DNA of 64,000 nt from Candidatus Rokuibacteriota bacterium (GTDB lineage: Bacteria; Methylomirabilota; Methylomirabilia; Rokubacteriales; CSP1-6): contig QHSX01000039.1 of the NCBI GenBank assembly GCA_003221695.1, forward strand, positions 93,637 to 157,636. Direction: 5' to 3'. Every line of letters begins with the position of its first letter. Position 1 is the stretch's first letter. A program made the position numbers and the translations under genes. The notes under the pieces were generated by a model. The model saw nothing but the letters and a program-made list of their open reading frames with translations. It was not told where the DNA came from and did no database searches. Of the stretch, positions 45,525 through 55,722 are shown piece by piece.

Positions 45525-46388
45525 CTGGGGGTCTCGACCGTCCTCCTCGGCGGGATCTATGCGCTGATCGCCGTCGGCCTCACGCTGATCTTCGGGATCA
45601 TGCGCGTGGTCAACTTCGCCCACGGCGAGTTCCTCATGCTCGGGATGTACGCCGCCTTCTGGGCGTACGATCTCGCCGCGCTGGACCCGTATCTCGTCCT
45701 GCTCGGGGCCATCCCGCTCTTCTTCGCGGTCGGCCTTCTGACGTACGTGCTGGTCATGCGGGGCGTCATTCATGCCTCCCACAACGCCCAGATCTTCACG
45801 ACCGTCGGGCTGTCCATCGCGCTGCAGAACGTCGCGCTCGTCGTCTGGACGGGGGACTTCCGCACGCTGCGGCCGTGGCACTCCTCGGTCGTGATCCGCG
45901 TGCTCGGCACGGCGTTCAATCTCTCCCAGGTGGTCGCGTTCGCCATCGCCGTCGCCCTCACGCTCGCCCTCTTCGCCTTCATGAAGTGGACCCATTCCGG
46001 CCGGGTCATGCGCGCCACCGCGCAGGACCACGACGCCGCGACGCTGATGGGCATCGACACCGACCGCGTCTACCGCCTGACGTTCGCGATCGGGATCGCG
46101 TGCGTGGGCGCCGCGGGCGTACTGGTGTCGCCGCTCTACGCCGTCTACCCCACGGCCGGGCTCCAGTTCGTCCTCCTCGCCTATGTCGTCGTCGTGCTCG
46201 GGGGTCTCGGCGACATGGTGGGGGCGATGCTGGGGAGCCTGATCGTGGCGGCGGTGGAAGTCCTCGGCTCGTACGTCTTCGGCGTGGCCTGGAAGGAAGT
46301 CTTCTACTTCGTCCTGTTCATCGCCGTGCTCGTCTTCCGCCCGGCCGGGCTCTTCGGCCAGCGCGGCGCCGAGACGCTCGGGGTGTGA
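45525..46388 (+). CDS. livH: Branched-chain amino-acid ABC permease LivH; start codon uncertain (no canonical start before the first TM helix)
   Basis: GIMRVVNFAHGEFLMLG signature; the frame is open from the SBP stop; candidate start codons are CTG 45525 and ATA 45507. Confidence 0.7.
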   Translation: MGVSTVLLGGIYALIAVGLTLIFGIMRVVNFAHGEFLMLGMYAAFWAYDLAALDPYLVLLGAIPLFFAVGLLTYVLVMRGVIHASHNAQIFTTVGLSIALQNVALVVWTGDFRTLRPWHSSVVIRVLGTAFNLSQVVAFAIAVALTLALFAFMKWTHSGRVMRATAQDHDAATLMGIDTDRVYRLTFAIGIACVGAAGVLVSPLYAVYPTAGLQFVLLAYVVVVLGGLGDMVGAMLGSLIVAAVEVLGSYVFGVAWKEVFYFVLFIAVLVFRPAGLFGQRGAETLGV

Positions 46389-47365
46389 TGACATCGTTTC
46401 CGCCCCGGCGCTGGGCCGCGCTGGCGCTCCTCGGCGTCGCCACCCTCCTGCCGCTGGTCGTGCGCGATGCGTTCGTCCTGGACAGCCTGATCCTGATCCT
46501 CATGTGGGGGGCGCTCTCGGCCGCCTGGAACGTGGCGGGCGGCTATGCGGGCCAGGTCTCGCTCGGCCACGCCGCCTTCTTCGGCATCGGCGCCTACTCC
46601 ACCGCCCTGATGACGGCGCGTTTCCAGCAGAGCCCGTGGCTCGGGCTCCTCCTCGGGGTCGTGCTCTCGATCGTCGCCGGCGGGGTGATCGGCTACCTCT
46701 CGAACCGCCTCCGCGGCCCCTACTTCGCGCTCTCCACGATCGCGTTCTCGCAGGTGCTCCTGATCCTCGCGAGCCGCTGGCGCGGCTTCACGGCCGGCTC
46801 GGAGGGGATCCCGGTCCCCTTCCGTCGCGGCTTCTGGACGCTCGGCCTGAGCCACGTCGCCTGGGTCTACGTGGCCCTCGGCGTCGCGCTCATCTACTAC
46901 GGCGTCGAGGCCTGGCTCGAGAGCTCGCGCCTCGGCTACCAGCTCGCCGGCGTCCGCGAGGACGAGGACGCCGCCGAGGCGCTCGGCATCGCGAGCCGCC
47001 GATTGAAGATCCACGCGGTGACGCTCAGCGCCGCGATGACGTCGGTCGGCGGCACGCTCTGGGCGCAGTACGTCGGCTTCGTCGACCCGTTCTACGTCTT
47101 CTCGATCGACCTCTCGATCAGGTTCGCGCTGAACACGATCATCGGGGGGATGGGCACCGCCCTCGGCCCCTTCCTCGGCTCGATCCTGATCACGTCGCTC
47201 GAGACGTACCTGCGCGCGACCTTCTCGGGCCTGAAGACCGGGTTCGCCGGAACCTATCTCGTCATCTACGGCACGGCCCTCATCCTCGTCGTCCGGTTCG
47301 CCCCCGAGGGCTTGACCGGCCTCGCCGATCGCCTTGGAGCCTGGAGAGCCCGTGCTGACGCTTGA
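46388..47365 (+). CDS. livM: Branched-chain amino-acid ABC permease LivM
   Basis: MTSFPPRRWAALALLG...; 10-TM permease; ATGA overlap with livH. Confidence 0.8.
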   Translation: MTSFPPRRWAALALLGVATLLPLVVRDAFVLDSLILILMWGALSAAWNVAGGYAGQVSLGHAAFFGIGAYSTALMTARFQQSPWLGLLLGVVLSIVAGGVIGYLSNRLRGPYFALSTIAFSQVLLILASRWRGFTAGSEGIPVPFRRGFWTLGLSHVAWVYVALGVALIYYGVEAWLESSRLGYQLAGVREDEDAAEALGIASRRLKIHAVTLSAAMTSVGGTLWAQYVGFVDPFYVFSIDLSIRFALNTIIGGMGTALGPFLGSILITSLETYLRATFSGLKTGFAGTYLVIYGTALILVVRFAPEGLTGLADRLGAWRARADA

Positions 47366-48077
47366 GGGGGTGACGAAGCGCTTCGGAGGTCTCACGGCGG
47401 TGCGCGCGGTGAGCCTCGACGTCCGCCGGGGCGACCTCCTCGGGATCATCGGACCGAACGGCGCCGGCAAGACCACGCTCTTCAACGTCATCGCGGGCTA
47501 CTACCGTGCCGACGGTGGCCGCGTCGTCTTCGAGGGCCGGGACGTGGGCGGCCGGCCCCCGCACGCGATCTGCCGCCTCGGCCTCACGCGCACGTTCCAG
47601 CTCGTGAAGCCCTTCGGCAACCTCTCGGTCGCGGACAACGTGATGATCGGCGCGCTCACGCGGCTCGGCAGCGTGCGCGCGGCGCGCCTCGAGGCCGAGC
47701 GCGTGGTCGAGACGTGCGGCCTCGCCCCGCACGCCGGTGCGCGCGCCAGGGCGCTGCCGATCGGGCTCCGCAAGCGCCTCGAGGTCGCGCGGGCGCTCGC
47801 CACGCGGCCGCGTCTCCTCCTGCTCGACGAGGTGATGGCGGGCCTCACCCCGTCCGAGCTCGCGGGGATCGTCGAGCTGATCCGGCGCCTGCACGCCGAC
47901 GGCCTGACGCTGATCGTGATCGAGCACATCATGGCGGCGATGATGCGTCTCGCCGAACGCATCGTCGTGCTCCACCACGGCGAGGCGATCGCCGAAGGCA
48001 CGCCGGGCGAGGTCGCGCGCGACCGCCGCGTCATCGACGCCTACCTCGGCGAGGAATTCGTCCTTGCTCAGGCTTGA
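47334..48077 (+). CDS. livG: Branched-chain amino-acid ABC transporter ATP-binding protein LivG
   Basis: Walker A GPNGAGKTT; LivG-type C-terminus. Confidence 0.85.
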   Translation: MEPGEPVLTLEGVTKRFGGLTAVRAVSLDVRRGDLLGIIGPNGAGKTTLFNVIAGYYRADGGRVVFEGRDVGGRPPHAICRLGLTRTFQLVKPFGNLSVADNVMIGALTRLGSVRAARLEAERVVETCGLAPHAGARARALPIGLRKRLEVARALATRPRLLLLDEVMAGLTPSELAGIVELIRRLHADGLTLIVIEHIMAAMMRLAERIVVLHHGEAIAEGTPGEVARDRRVIDAYLGEEFVLAQA

Positions 48078-48768
48078 CGCGATCGACGCCTTCTATGGCG
48101 ATGTGCAGGCGCTCGCGGCGGTCTCGCTCGAGGTGGGCCAGGGCGAGATCGTCGCGCTCGTCGGCGCCAACGCTGCGGGCAAGTCCACCACGCTGCGCGT
48201 CGTCTCCGGCCTCGTGGCGCCGCGGCGGGGACGCGTCCTCTTCGGCGGCGAGGATCTGACCCCCGTCGCCGCGCATCGGAGGGTCGAGCGCGGGATCGTC
48301 CAGGTGCCGGAGGGGCGCCGCCTGTTCCCCTTCATGAGCGTCGTCGAGAACCTGCTCCTCGGGGCGCACCCGGCGCGCGCGCGGGCCGAGCGCGCGTCGA
48401 CGGTCGAGTACGTCTACTCGCTGTTCCCCGTCCTCGCCGACCGGCGGACGCAACTCGCGGGCTCGCTCTCGGGCGGCGAGCAGCAGATGTGCGCGATCGG
48501 CCGTGCACTCATGGCCCGCCCCCGCGTGCTCATGCTCGACGAGCCGACGCTCGGCCTGGCGCCCGTGCTCGTCTCGAGGATCTTCGAGACGGTGCGGGCG
48601 ATCAACGCGGACGGTGTCACGGTCCTGCTGGTGGAGCAGAACGTCCGCCAGGCGCTCACGCTCGCCCACCGGGCGTGCGTGCTCGAGAGCGGGAAGCTCG
48701 TGCTCCAGGGGCGGGCGCGCGAGCTGCTGGGCGACGAGCGGCTCAAGCGCGCGTATCTAGGATTGTAG
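48064..48768 (+). CDS. livF: Branched-chain amino-acid ABC transporter ATP-binding protein LivF
   Basis: TTG start; Walker A GANAAGKST; LSGGEQQM signature. Confidence 0.85.
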   Translation: MLRLDAIDAFYGDVQALAAVSLEVGQGEIVALVGANAAGKSTTLRVVSGLVAPRRGRVLFGGEDLTPVAAHRRVERGIVQVPEGRRLFPFMSVVENLLLGAHPARARAERASTVEYVYSLFPVLADRRTQLAGSLSGGEQQMCAIGRALMARPRVLMLDEPTLGLAPVLVSRIFETVRAINADGVTVLLVEQNVRQALTLAHRACVLESGKLVLQGRARELLGDERLKRAYLGL

Positions 48769-48845
48769 GCACATGCGCATCGACCGGGCGCGACTCGAGG
48801 GATCTATCGAGGGCCTGGGCAGGATCGGCGAGACGCGTGGGCGCG

Positions 48846-49607
48846 TTACTCCGCGGGTGGCAACGCGTCGCCCGTGACGTACGGGACGGCGTGCGCCAGC
48901 CGGTGACGCACGGCGAGCCGTCCCACGACCGGCAGGTGGTCCGAGGCCACGCGGGCGATGCGGCTCCGGTGGACGTGGAACTCTCGGCCCTGGAGCTCGA
49001 CGTCCCAGTAGATCCGGTCGAGCGCGAACAGCGGGAACATCGCCGGATGCGTGCGCCGCATCCGGCGCATCGGCGACGAGAACTCGCGCCGCAGGACGCG
49101 CGTGATGGGACCGCGGTGCCATTCGTTGAAGTCGCCGAGGAGCACGCGCGGCCCGACGAGCCGCGCGGAGTCACGGATGAACCGGCCGAGCAGCTCGAGC
49201 TGCTGACGTCGCTCGGAGAGTGCCAACCCCAGGTGGCAGTTGAAGACGTGGAGCGGCGTGCCCTTCACGTCGAGATCCACTCGCAAGGCTCCGCGGGGCT
49301 CGCGCGCACCCCGGGACAGGTCGCGCCGCTCCGAGCCGAGGATGGGCAGGCGTGTGAGCACGGCGTTGCCGTAGATCCCCGTGCCGTGCGCGCGCGTCGC
49401 GCCCATGATGAGCTCCATGCCGAGCTTCATCGCGAGATACGCCGCCTGGTCGCCGGCGCCCCCGCCGGCCTCGCGGATCACTTCCTGGAGCCCCACGACG
49501 TCGGGCCCCGTCTCGGTGATCACGTCGGCGATCCGGTCGAGGTCCAGGCGGCGGTCGAGGCCGACGCCCCGGTGGATGTTGTAGCTCACGACCGTAAGGG
49601 GGATCAC
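48846..49607 (-). CDS. Endonuclease/exonuclease/phosphatase (EEP) family protein
   Basis: VVSYNIHRGVG...GLQEV...LLGDFNE...SDHLPVV catalytic motifs; GTG start in GTGA overlap with the upstream stop. Confidence 0.75.
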   Translation of the reverse strand: MIPLTVVSYNIHRGVGLDRRLDLDRIADVITETGPDVVGLQEVIREAGGGAGDQAAYLAMKLGMELIMGATRAHGTGIYGNAVLTRLPILGSERRDLSRGAREPRGALRVDLDVKGTPLHVFNCHLGLALSERRQQLELLGRFIRDSARLVGPRVLLGDFNEWHRGPITRVLRREFSSPMRRMRRTHPAMFPLFALDRIYWDVELQGREFHVHRSRIARVASDHLPVVGRLAVRHRLAHAVPYVTGDALPPAE

Positions 49608-51232
49608 GCCGCCTCGCGGGCGTGGAGGAAGTGCGCGTACAGCTCGACCGGATGAGCGATCGTCGACGGGAGCGTCACGGTCGGCGGATGGATGACGAAC
49701 GTGTGCAGCTCGTCGTACGACGTTCCGGCATGCGCGCCGACCTCGTCCACGAACGACACGTGACCCTCGGGCGCGTCGATCCCGTAGACGACGAGGTCGC
49801 CAGCGCTCTCCATCGCCATCAGGTCGCGGAGGCCTTCGAGGACTCGGTCCAGGTCGTCGCGGCCGGCGAACGGCCCGGTCCCGAGCTCGTGGAGACGATA
49901 GCACTTGCCGCGCCAGGCGCAGACGGGCCCGTCGGCGGCGCGGGCCAGCACGAACCCGATCCCGGGGCTCCGCGAGAGCTCCTCCGCGAGCCCCGGGAAG
50001 CGCTCCTCGATCCACGCGATCTCCACCGGCGCCGCGACCTCCCGGAAGTAGACGAACGCGTTCGGCCCGGCCGACACGACGCGGATCCCGCCGTGCTCGC
50101 GGACCCCACGCGTCCCGCCGAGGACCCAGGGGAAGTCCCGCTCGAGGTAGTTCACGAAGCGCTGGAAGAACCCGGGCGCCCGGTGGGCGCGATACGCGGC
50201 GAGCCCGCGCGCGACGCGCCGCGCGCGACCGGCGAGCGCGGGCTCCGCGTGCACCGCGAGCGGATCGAGGAAGTCGTCGAAGAGGGCCTGCTCGATGGGC
50301 TTGCCGCCGGAGAGGCGCACGTACGGCGTGCACTGAGCCTGGCCGTGGTCGGACAGGACGTAGAGGTCGTAGTGGTGCTCCGGAACGCGCCGCAGGACGC
50401 GCCAGAGCCGGTGGATCGAGCGGTCGACGCGACGGAGGGCACGGAGCGCGCGCCGGTGACGCGGGCCGTGCGCGTGCGCGACCACATCGTAGTCGAGGTA
50501 GTTCACGTAGACCGCCGGCGCGCCCGCGTACAGGTCGCGCGCGACGACCAGCGTGAACAGCTCGCGGAGCCACACCGAGATTCCGACCTTGATGGCGAGC
50601 CAGCGCCATCCCCGCGCGGTCTCCCTGACCGGGTCGGCGACGAGGCGGAGGAGGGCGCGGGCGAGCTCGATCCCGGAGAGCACGCAACACTTCACGAGGA
50701 CCCAGCCGACGACGACGAGCTGCGAGACGAGGCAGAGCAGGCCCGCGCCACTCGGCCGCCGCATCATCGCGAAGGTCAGGAGGTTGCTCGTGGCGCCGCC
50801 GGTGAACACGCAGCCGTAGGCGCTGCCCTCCGCAAGGATGCCGCGGCGGCCCTGCGCGTGCGCCGCCTCGACCCGGAGGGCGTCCTGCCCCCGCGGGAAG
50901 TAGACATCGGCGTGGCGACGTTTGTCGTGGTAGTGGAAGCCGGGGATGTCCGGCCGCACGCCGTACATGACCGACATCTGGAAGGCCGGCGTCGAGGTGG
51001 GCAGGCCGACGCTCATCGGCGTGAGCCGCCAGCCGCGCCGCCGGACGAGCCACGCGAGGAAGGGCGCCGTGCCGTCGGCGAGCGCCTGTGCGAGCACCGC
51101 GCGCGACAGGCCGTCGATCTGCACGATCAGCACCCGGCGGCGCGTCGCCTCGGGTGCCCGGCCGCGGTGGAGCCGCCGCACGACTCGGTCGAGCCCCCGC
51201 TGCAGGCGCAGGACGAGGTCATCGAGGGACAT
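49604..51232 (-). CDS. Alkaline-phosphatase-superfamily protein (type I phosphodiesterase/nucleotide pyrophosphatase-like), membrane-associated
   Basis: 542 aa; AlkP-core-like metal ligands (VLSDHGQ), TM segment in the middle; the opposite-strand long ORFs are artefacts. Confidence 0.55.
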   Translation of the reverse strand: MSLDDLVLRLQRGLDRVVRRLHRGRAPEATRRRVLIVQIDGLSRAVLAQALADGTAPFLAWLVRRRGWRLTPMSVGLPTSTPAFQMSVMYGVRPDIPGFHYHDKRRHADVYFPRGQDALRVEAAHAQGRRGILAEGSAYGCVFTGGATSNLLTFAMMRRPSGAGLLCLVSQLVVVGWVLVKCCVLSGIELARALLRLVADPVRETARGWRWLAIKVGISVWLRELFTLVVARDLYAGAPAVYVNYLDYDVVAHAHGPRHRRALRALRRVDRSIHRLWRVLRRVPEHHYDLYVLSDHGQAQCTPYVRLSGGKPIEQALFDDFLDPLAVHAEPALAGRARRVARGLAAYRAHRAPGFFQRFVNYLERDFPWVLGGTRGVREHGGIRVVSAGPNAFVYFREVAAPVEIAWIEERFPGLAEELSRSPGIGFVLARAADGPVCAWRGKCYRLHELGTGPFAGRDDLDRVLEGLRDLMAMESAGDLVVYGIDAPEGHVSFVDEVGAHAGTSYDELHTFVIHPPTVTLPSTIAHPVELYAHFLHAREAA

Positions 51233-51318
51233 TCGAGACCTAGTGTAGCCGCCCTGGCCCGCCTTCCGGAAGCGTCCTGACGCGCTCCCGACCTGCCACG
51301 GCGCTCGGCGAGACTGCC

Positions 51319-53583
51319 GTGTTGTACTATCGGGTCGGTGTGGTTCAGCCGCTGATCGGCCGGGTCCGGGAGTTCGTCGAACGTGAGGTGCGCCCGAGCG
51401 CCGCGGCGCTCGAGCACGCCGATCGCTATCCTCACGAGCTCGTCCGACGCATGCGCGACCTCGGCCTCTTCGGCGCCCTCGTGCCCGCGGCCTACGGTGG
51501 CCTCGGCCTCGACGTCACGACGTACGCCCGGCTCGTCGAGGAGCTGTGCCGCGGCTTCATGTCGCTCGCCGGCGTGATCAACAGTCACACGATGGCCGCG
51601 CTCATCGTTCTCCACCACGGCACCGAGGAGCAGCGCCGACGCTTCCTCCCCCGCTTCGCACGCGGCGAGGCGCGGGGCGGCCTCTGCCTCACCGAGCCGC
51701 ACGCCGGCTCGGACGTGCAGGCCATCCGGACCGTGGCGCGCCGGGCGGGGGCCGACTACGTCATTTCCGGGACGAAGATGTTCGTGACCAACGGTCGCGA
51801 GGGCAACACGTTCGCGCTCCTGGCGCTGACCGATCCGACGGCCGAGCCGCGCCACCGTGGCATGTCGTGCTTCGTCGTCGAAAAGGGCCACCCCGGCTTC
51901 CGCGTCGCCAAGTCCATCGCGAAGCTCGGCTACAAGGGCGTGGACACCGCCGAGCTCCTGTTCGAGGAGTGCGTCGTGCCGGTGGCGAACCTCGTGGGAG
52001 GCGTCGAGGGACGCGGCTTCGGGCACGTGATGAGCGGTCTCGAGATGGGCCGAATCAACATCGCCGCGCGCGCGGTCGGTGTCGCCCAGGCGGCGTACGA
52101 CGACACCCTCCTGCACCTGGCGGGCGCGTCCGGCGAGCCACCTCCGGCGCTCGCGGACATGGCGACCAGGCTCGAAGCCGCGCGCCTCCTCACCTACTGG
52201 GCGGCGGCCATGAAGGACCGCGCCGAGCGTTGCGATCTCGAGGCTGGCATGGCGAAGCTCTTCGCGTCGGAGGCGGCACAGGAGCTGGCCGTGACGGCGC
52301 TCCGGTTGCACGGCCCGGGCGGCACGCGCGCCGATCGTGCCGTCGAGCGCCACTACCGCGACACGCCGCTCATGATCATCGGCGAGGGCACGAACGAGAT
52401 CCAGCGGACGCTCATCGCGCGACAGCTCGTGGACCGACACGGCGAGCGCCTCGGCGCCCTCACCTCGCGCGAGGGCGAGCCCCGCGAGCGACGCGAGATG
52501 GTGCTCGCCGTCCGCCAGTTCGTGGACAAGCGCGTGGCCCCCGTGGGCCAGGAACTCGATCGTGCGGGGGCCTACCCGGCGGAGCTCGTCGCGGCGCTCG
52601 CCGAGCTCGGTTTCCTCGGCGCCGCCGTGCCTCAGGAGTTGGGAGGCCTCGGGCTCGACCCGCGGACCTACGCGATCCTCGTCGAGGAGCTGGCGCGCGG
52701 CTCCGCGGCTCTCGCCACCGTCGTCGCCGGGCACGCGGCAGTGGCGCACGCGCTCGCGCGGCTCGGCACCGACGCGCAGAAGCGCCGGGTGCTGGCGCCA
52801 ATGGCGGGCGGAGAAGCCCTCTGGATGTGGGAGGGCAGCGGCGCGCCTGCGGCGGTCCGCGTCGGCGACGGCTGGCGTCTCGACGGCACCGCCCCGCCCG
52901 TGGACAACGCGTCACGCGCGGCCGGGTTCCTCGTCGGAGCGCGCGTCGACGGGGGCACCGTCGCGCTCCTCGTCGGTCGCGACACGCCGGGCGTACGACT
53001 CGGCGAGCCCGTCGCCACGCTCGGCCTTCGCGGCGTGGACCCGTGCGCGCTGATCTTTGACGACGTCAGGCTCCCGGCGAGCGCCGTCGTCGGCGCCCCC
53101 GGGCGCGGCGACGAGTCGATCACCGCCGCCCTCGCCCTCGCGCGCCTCGGCGCCGCCGCCACCGCCGTCGGCGTGGCCCAGGCGGCCTTCGAGGCGGCGC
53201 TCCGCTACGCGCAGCAGCGCACGGCGTTCGGCAAGCCGATCGCCCAGCATCAGGCCATCCAGCTCAAGCTCGCCGACATGGCGACGCGGATCACCGCGGC
53301 GCGTCTGCTCACCTACGAGGCCGCCGACCGCGGGCTCGACCCCGACCGGCTCGCGATGGCGAAGACCTACGCCTCGGAGACGGCGTACGACGTCACGCTG
53401 GAGTCGATGCGGACGCACGGCGGCTACGGCTACACGGCGGAGTTCCCGATCGAGCGCTACTACCGCGACGCCGCGCACCTCCTGGTGGCGCCGACGGGCA
53501 ACGACGCCGAGCGTCGCGCGCTCGCCGCGCGGCTCGCCCGGGCGCCACGTCCCGCGACGGGGGCCGATCCCGTCGGGCGCTGA
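51319..53583 (+). CDS. Fused tandem acyl-CoA dehydrogenase (two ACAD domains, 754 aa); second domain lacks the catalytic Glu
   Basis: Domain 1 ends IIGEGTNEIQRTLIA (Glu present); domain 2 has the corresponding LLVAPTGNDAERR (Glu replaced by Pro). Confidence 0.8.
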   Translation: MLYYRVGVVQPLIGRVREFVEREVRPSAAALEHADRYPHELVRRMRDLGLFGALVPAAYGGLGLDVTTYARLVEELCRGFMSLAGVINSHTMAALIVLHHGTEEQRRRFLPRFARGEARGGLCLTEPHAGSDVQAIRTVARRAGADYVISGTKMFVTNGREGNTFALLALTDPTAEPRHRGMSCFVVEKGHPGFRVAKSIAKLGYKGVDTAELLFEECVVPVANLVGGVEGRGFGHVMSGLEMGRINIAARAVGVAQAAYDDTLLHLAGASGEPPPALADMATRLEAARLLTYWAAAMKDRAERCDLEAGMAKLFASEAAQELAVTALRLHGPGGTRADRAVERHYRDTPLMIIGEGTNEIQRTLIARQLVDRHGERLGALTSREGEPRERREMVLAVRQFVDKRVAPVGQELDRAGAYPAELVAALAELGFLGAAVPQELGGLGLDPRTYAILVEELARGSAALATVVAGHAAVAHALARLGTDAQKRRVLAPMAGGEALWMWEGSGAPAAVRVGDGWRLDGTAPPVDNASRAAGFLVGARVDGGTVALLVGRDTPGVRLGEPVATLGLRGVDPCALIFDDVRLPASAVVGAPGRGDESITAALALARLGAAATAVGVAQAAFEAALRYAQQRTAFGKPIAQHQAIQLKLADMATRITAARLLTYEAADRGLDPDRLAMAKTYASETAYDVTLESMRTHGGYGYTAEFPIERYYRDAAHLLVAPTGNDAERRALAARLARAPRPATGADPVGR

Positions 53584-53611
53584 CCCGGCGGGGCTCCCAG
53601 GAGGAAGCTCG

Positions 53612-54094
53612 TTGGCCTACGGACGTTACCTCGAGGAGTTCAGGGTCGGCGAGGTCATCCGCCACTGGCCCGGGCGAACGATCAGCGAGGCGGACTGCAC
53701 CTGGTTCGCCCTCCTGACGATGAACCAGCACCCGGTCCACTCGGACGCGAACTACGCCGAGAAGTACACCCAGCACAAGCAGCGTCTCGTCCTGGGGCCG
53801 CTCGTCTTCTCGATCGGGATCGGCATGACCGTGGCGGACGTGTCGGGACGCGCCATCGCCAACCTCGAGATCGAGAAGATCACCCACGACGCGCCGGTGT
53901 TCATCGGCGACACGCTCTACGCCGAGTCGACCGTGCTCGACACGCGCGAGTCGAAGCGGGGCGACCGCGGGACGGTCACCGTGGAGACGCGCGTGCGGAA
54001 CCAGAAAGACGAGCGTGTCATGACCTTTCGCCGCACGGCGCTCGTGCCGAAGAAGAACCACGCGACCCTCGGCGAAGGAAGGCTTTCGACATGA
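53612..54094 (+). CDS. MaoC-family (R)-hydratase/dehydratase
   Basis: TTG start with GGAGGA Shine-Dalgarno; NQHPVHSDANYA hotdog motif; 160 aa. Confidence 0.75.
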   Translation: MAYGRYLEEFRVGEVIRHWPGRTISEADCTWFALLTMNQHPVHSDANYAEKYTQHKQRLVLGPLVFSIGIGMTVADVSGRAIANLEIEKITHDAPVFIGDTLYAESTVLDTRESKRGDRGTVTVETRVRNQKDERVMTFRRTALVPKKNHATLGEGRLST

Positions 54095-55383
54095 GCTTCG
54101 ACCCCGGCCTGTTCCGCGCCGTCAGCCTCGACGACTTGACCATGCCCGGCGGCTGGTGCGTCTCGAGCGGCCAGACGTTCCTCTACACGCCGGAGGAGCA
54201 ACGGCTCATGCACACGGTGCGGGCCTTCGCTCAGCGGGAGATCCTGCCGACGTCCGCCGCGGCGCACCGTCGGGTGAAGGAGATCAAGGCCCAGCACCCT
54301 CCGGGGCCCGAGCGGCGTCGCCTGCTGCGCGAGCTGGCGCGCGCGTACCTCGCGCTCATCGGGGAGGCGGGCCTCAGCGGCGCGCTCTTCCCCGAGGCGT
54401 ACGGCGGCAACGGCCGGGGCGTCGTCGCCGAATGCATCGTCGACGAGGAGCTCGCGGCCGCGGGCCACCCGGGCGACACGATACGGTCGGTCTCGCTGAC
54501 GCTGGGCACGATCTCGATCCTTCGATACGGCACGGAGGCGCAGAAGCGGCGGCACATCCCGCCGCGCCTCCGGGGTGAGGAGCTCGCCGCGATCGCGATC
54601 ACCGAGCCCCAGATCGGCAGCGACACCTCACGCATGCAGACGCGCGCCGCCCTCCAGGGCGACCGCTGGGTCATCAACGGCCAGAAGCGATTCATCACGG
54701 GCGGCGGCCTCGCCGACTTCGTGACGCTCTTCGCGATCACCGACACGGCGACGCACCCGCACAAGGGCATGTCCACGTTCATCGTGCCCATGGATCACCC
54801 GGGCGTGACGATCCGGCGGCAGCTCGACGAGGTCATCATGGCCGACTGGATGGACAACGCGCTCATCGAGTTCAACGACGTGGACATTCCCCGCGAGAAC
54901 CTCCTGGGGCCCCTCAACGGCGGCTACCACGTCCTGATGGACGAGCTCGACACCGAGCGCGTGACCTACTGCATGGCGGCGCTCGGCAGCGCGCGCCGTG
55001 CCCTAGAGGTCGCCGCGGAGTATGCGACCAAGCGTGTCCAGTTCAAACAGCCGATCGCGATGTTCGAGGGGGTCTCCTTCAAGCTCGCCGAGATGTACAC
55101 GTACCTCGACGCCGCGCGGCAGCTCGTCTACCGGACGGCTAAGATGATCGAGGCGGGCGTGCCGGCCCAGCGCGAGAGCGCGGTGACCAAGCTCTTCACC
55201 GCCGAGGCCGTCTGGAAGATCGTGGACCACGCGATGCAGGTCCTGGGCGGGATCGGCTACACGACCGACTTCCCGGTCCAGGCGATCTTTCGCAACGCGC
55301 GCCTCATGCGGATCGGCGCGGGCTCGGACGAGATCATGAAGTTCCTCATCGCGCGGGAACTCCTCAAGGAGGTCAAGGGGTAA
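54091..55383 (+). CDS. Acyl-CoA dehydrogenase
   Basis: 430 aa; ACAD N/M/C domains; ATGA overlap with the MaoC gene. Confidence 0.85.
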   Translation: MSFDPGLFRAVSLDDLTMPGGWCVSSGQTFLYTPEEQRLMHTVRAFAQREILPTSAAAHRRVKEIKAQHPPGPERRRLLRELARAYLALIGEAGLSGALFPEAYGGNGRGVVAECIVDEELAAAGHPGDTIRSVSLTLGTISILRYGTEAQKRRHIPPRLRGEELAAIAITEPQIGSDTSRMQTRAALQGDRWVINGQKRFITGGGLADFVTLFAITDTATHPHKGMSTFIVPMDHPGVTIRRQLDEVIMADWMDNALIEFNDVDIPRENLLGPLNGGYHVLMDELDTERVTYCMAALGSARRALEVAAEYATKRVQFKQPIAMFEGVSFKLAEMYTYLDAARQLVYRTAKMIEAGVPAQRESAVTKLFTAEAVWKIVDHAMQVLGGIGYTTDFPVQAIFRNARLMRIGAGSDEIMKFLIARELLKEVKG

Positions 55384-55404
55384 ACTGGTCCAGGGGGCGG
55401 CGGT

Positions 55405-55692
55405 ATGGTCGAACAGGTCGTCCCGAAGCCCGAGACCGAGGACGTCGTCGCCGAGGCGGTCGCCCCGCCGTGGATGACGATCCTGCACAACTGCGACTGT
55501 CACACCTTCGAGCAGGTGGTGAAACAGCTCCAGAAGGCCATCGCGTGCAGCGAGGCCGAGGGCTGGGAGATCGCCTGGCAGGTCCACAACACCGGGAAGG
55601 CCGTCGTCAAGATCGGCCCCGAGGCCGAGTGCGTCCGCGTCGGGAACATCCTCGCGTCCATCGGCCTCGTCGTCACCGTCGTCCAGTCCTGA
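55405..55692 (+). CDS. clpS: ATP-dependent Clp protease adaptor ClpS
   Basis: TILHNCDCHTFEQVV...VHNTGKAVV ClpS core (cf. ILHNDD.T.M.FV...VH..G.AV); 95 aa; no clpA adjacent. Confidence 0.75.
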   Translation: MVEQVVPKPETEDVVAEAVAPPWMTILHNCDCHTFEQVVKQLQKAIACSEAEGWEIAWQVHNTGKAVVKIGPEAECVRVGNILASIGLVVTVVQS

Positions 55693-55722
55693 GTGGGTCG
55701 GAGCCGGGGGGCGACCAGTCCC

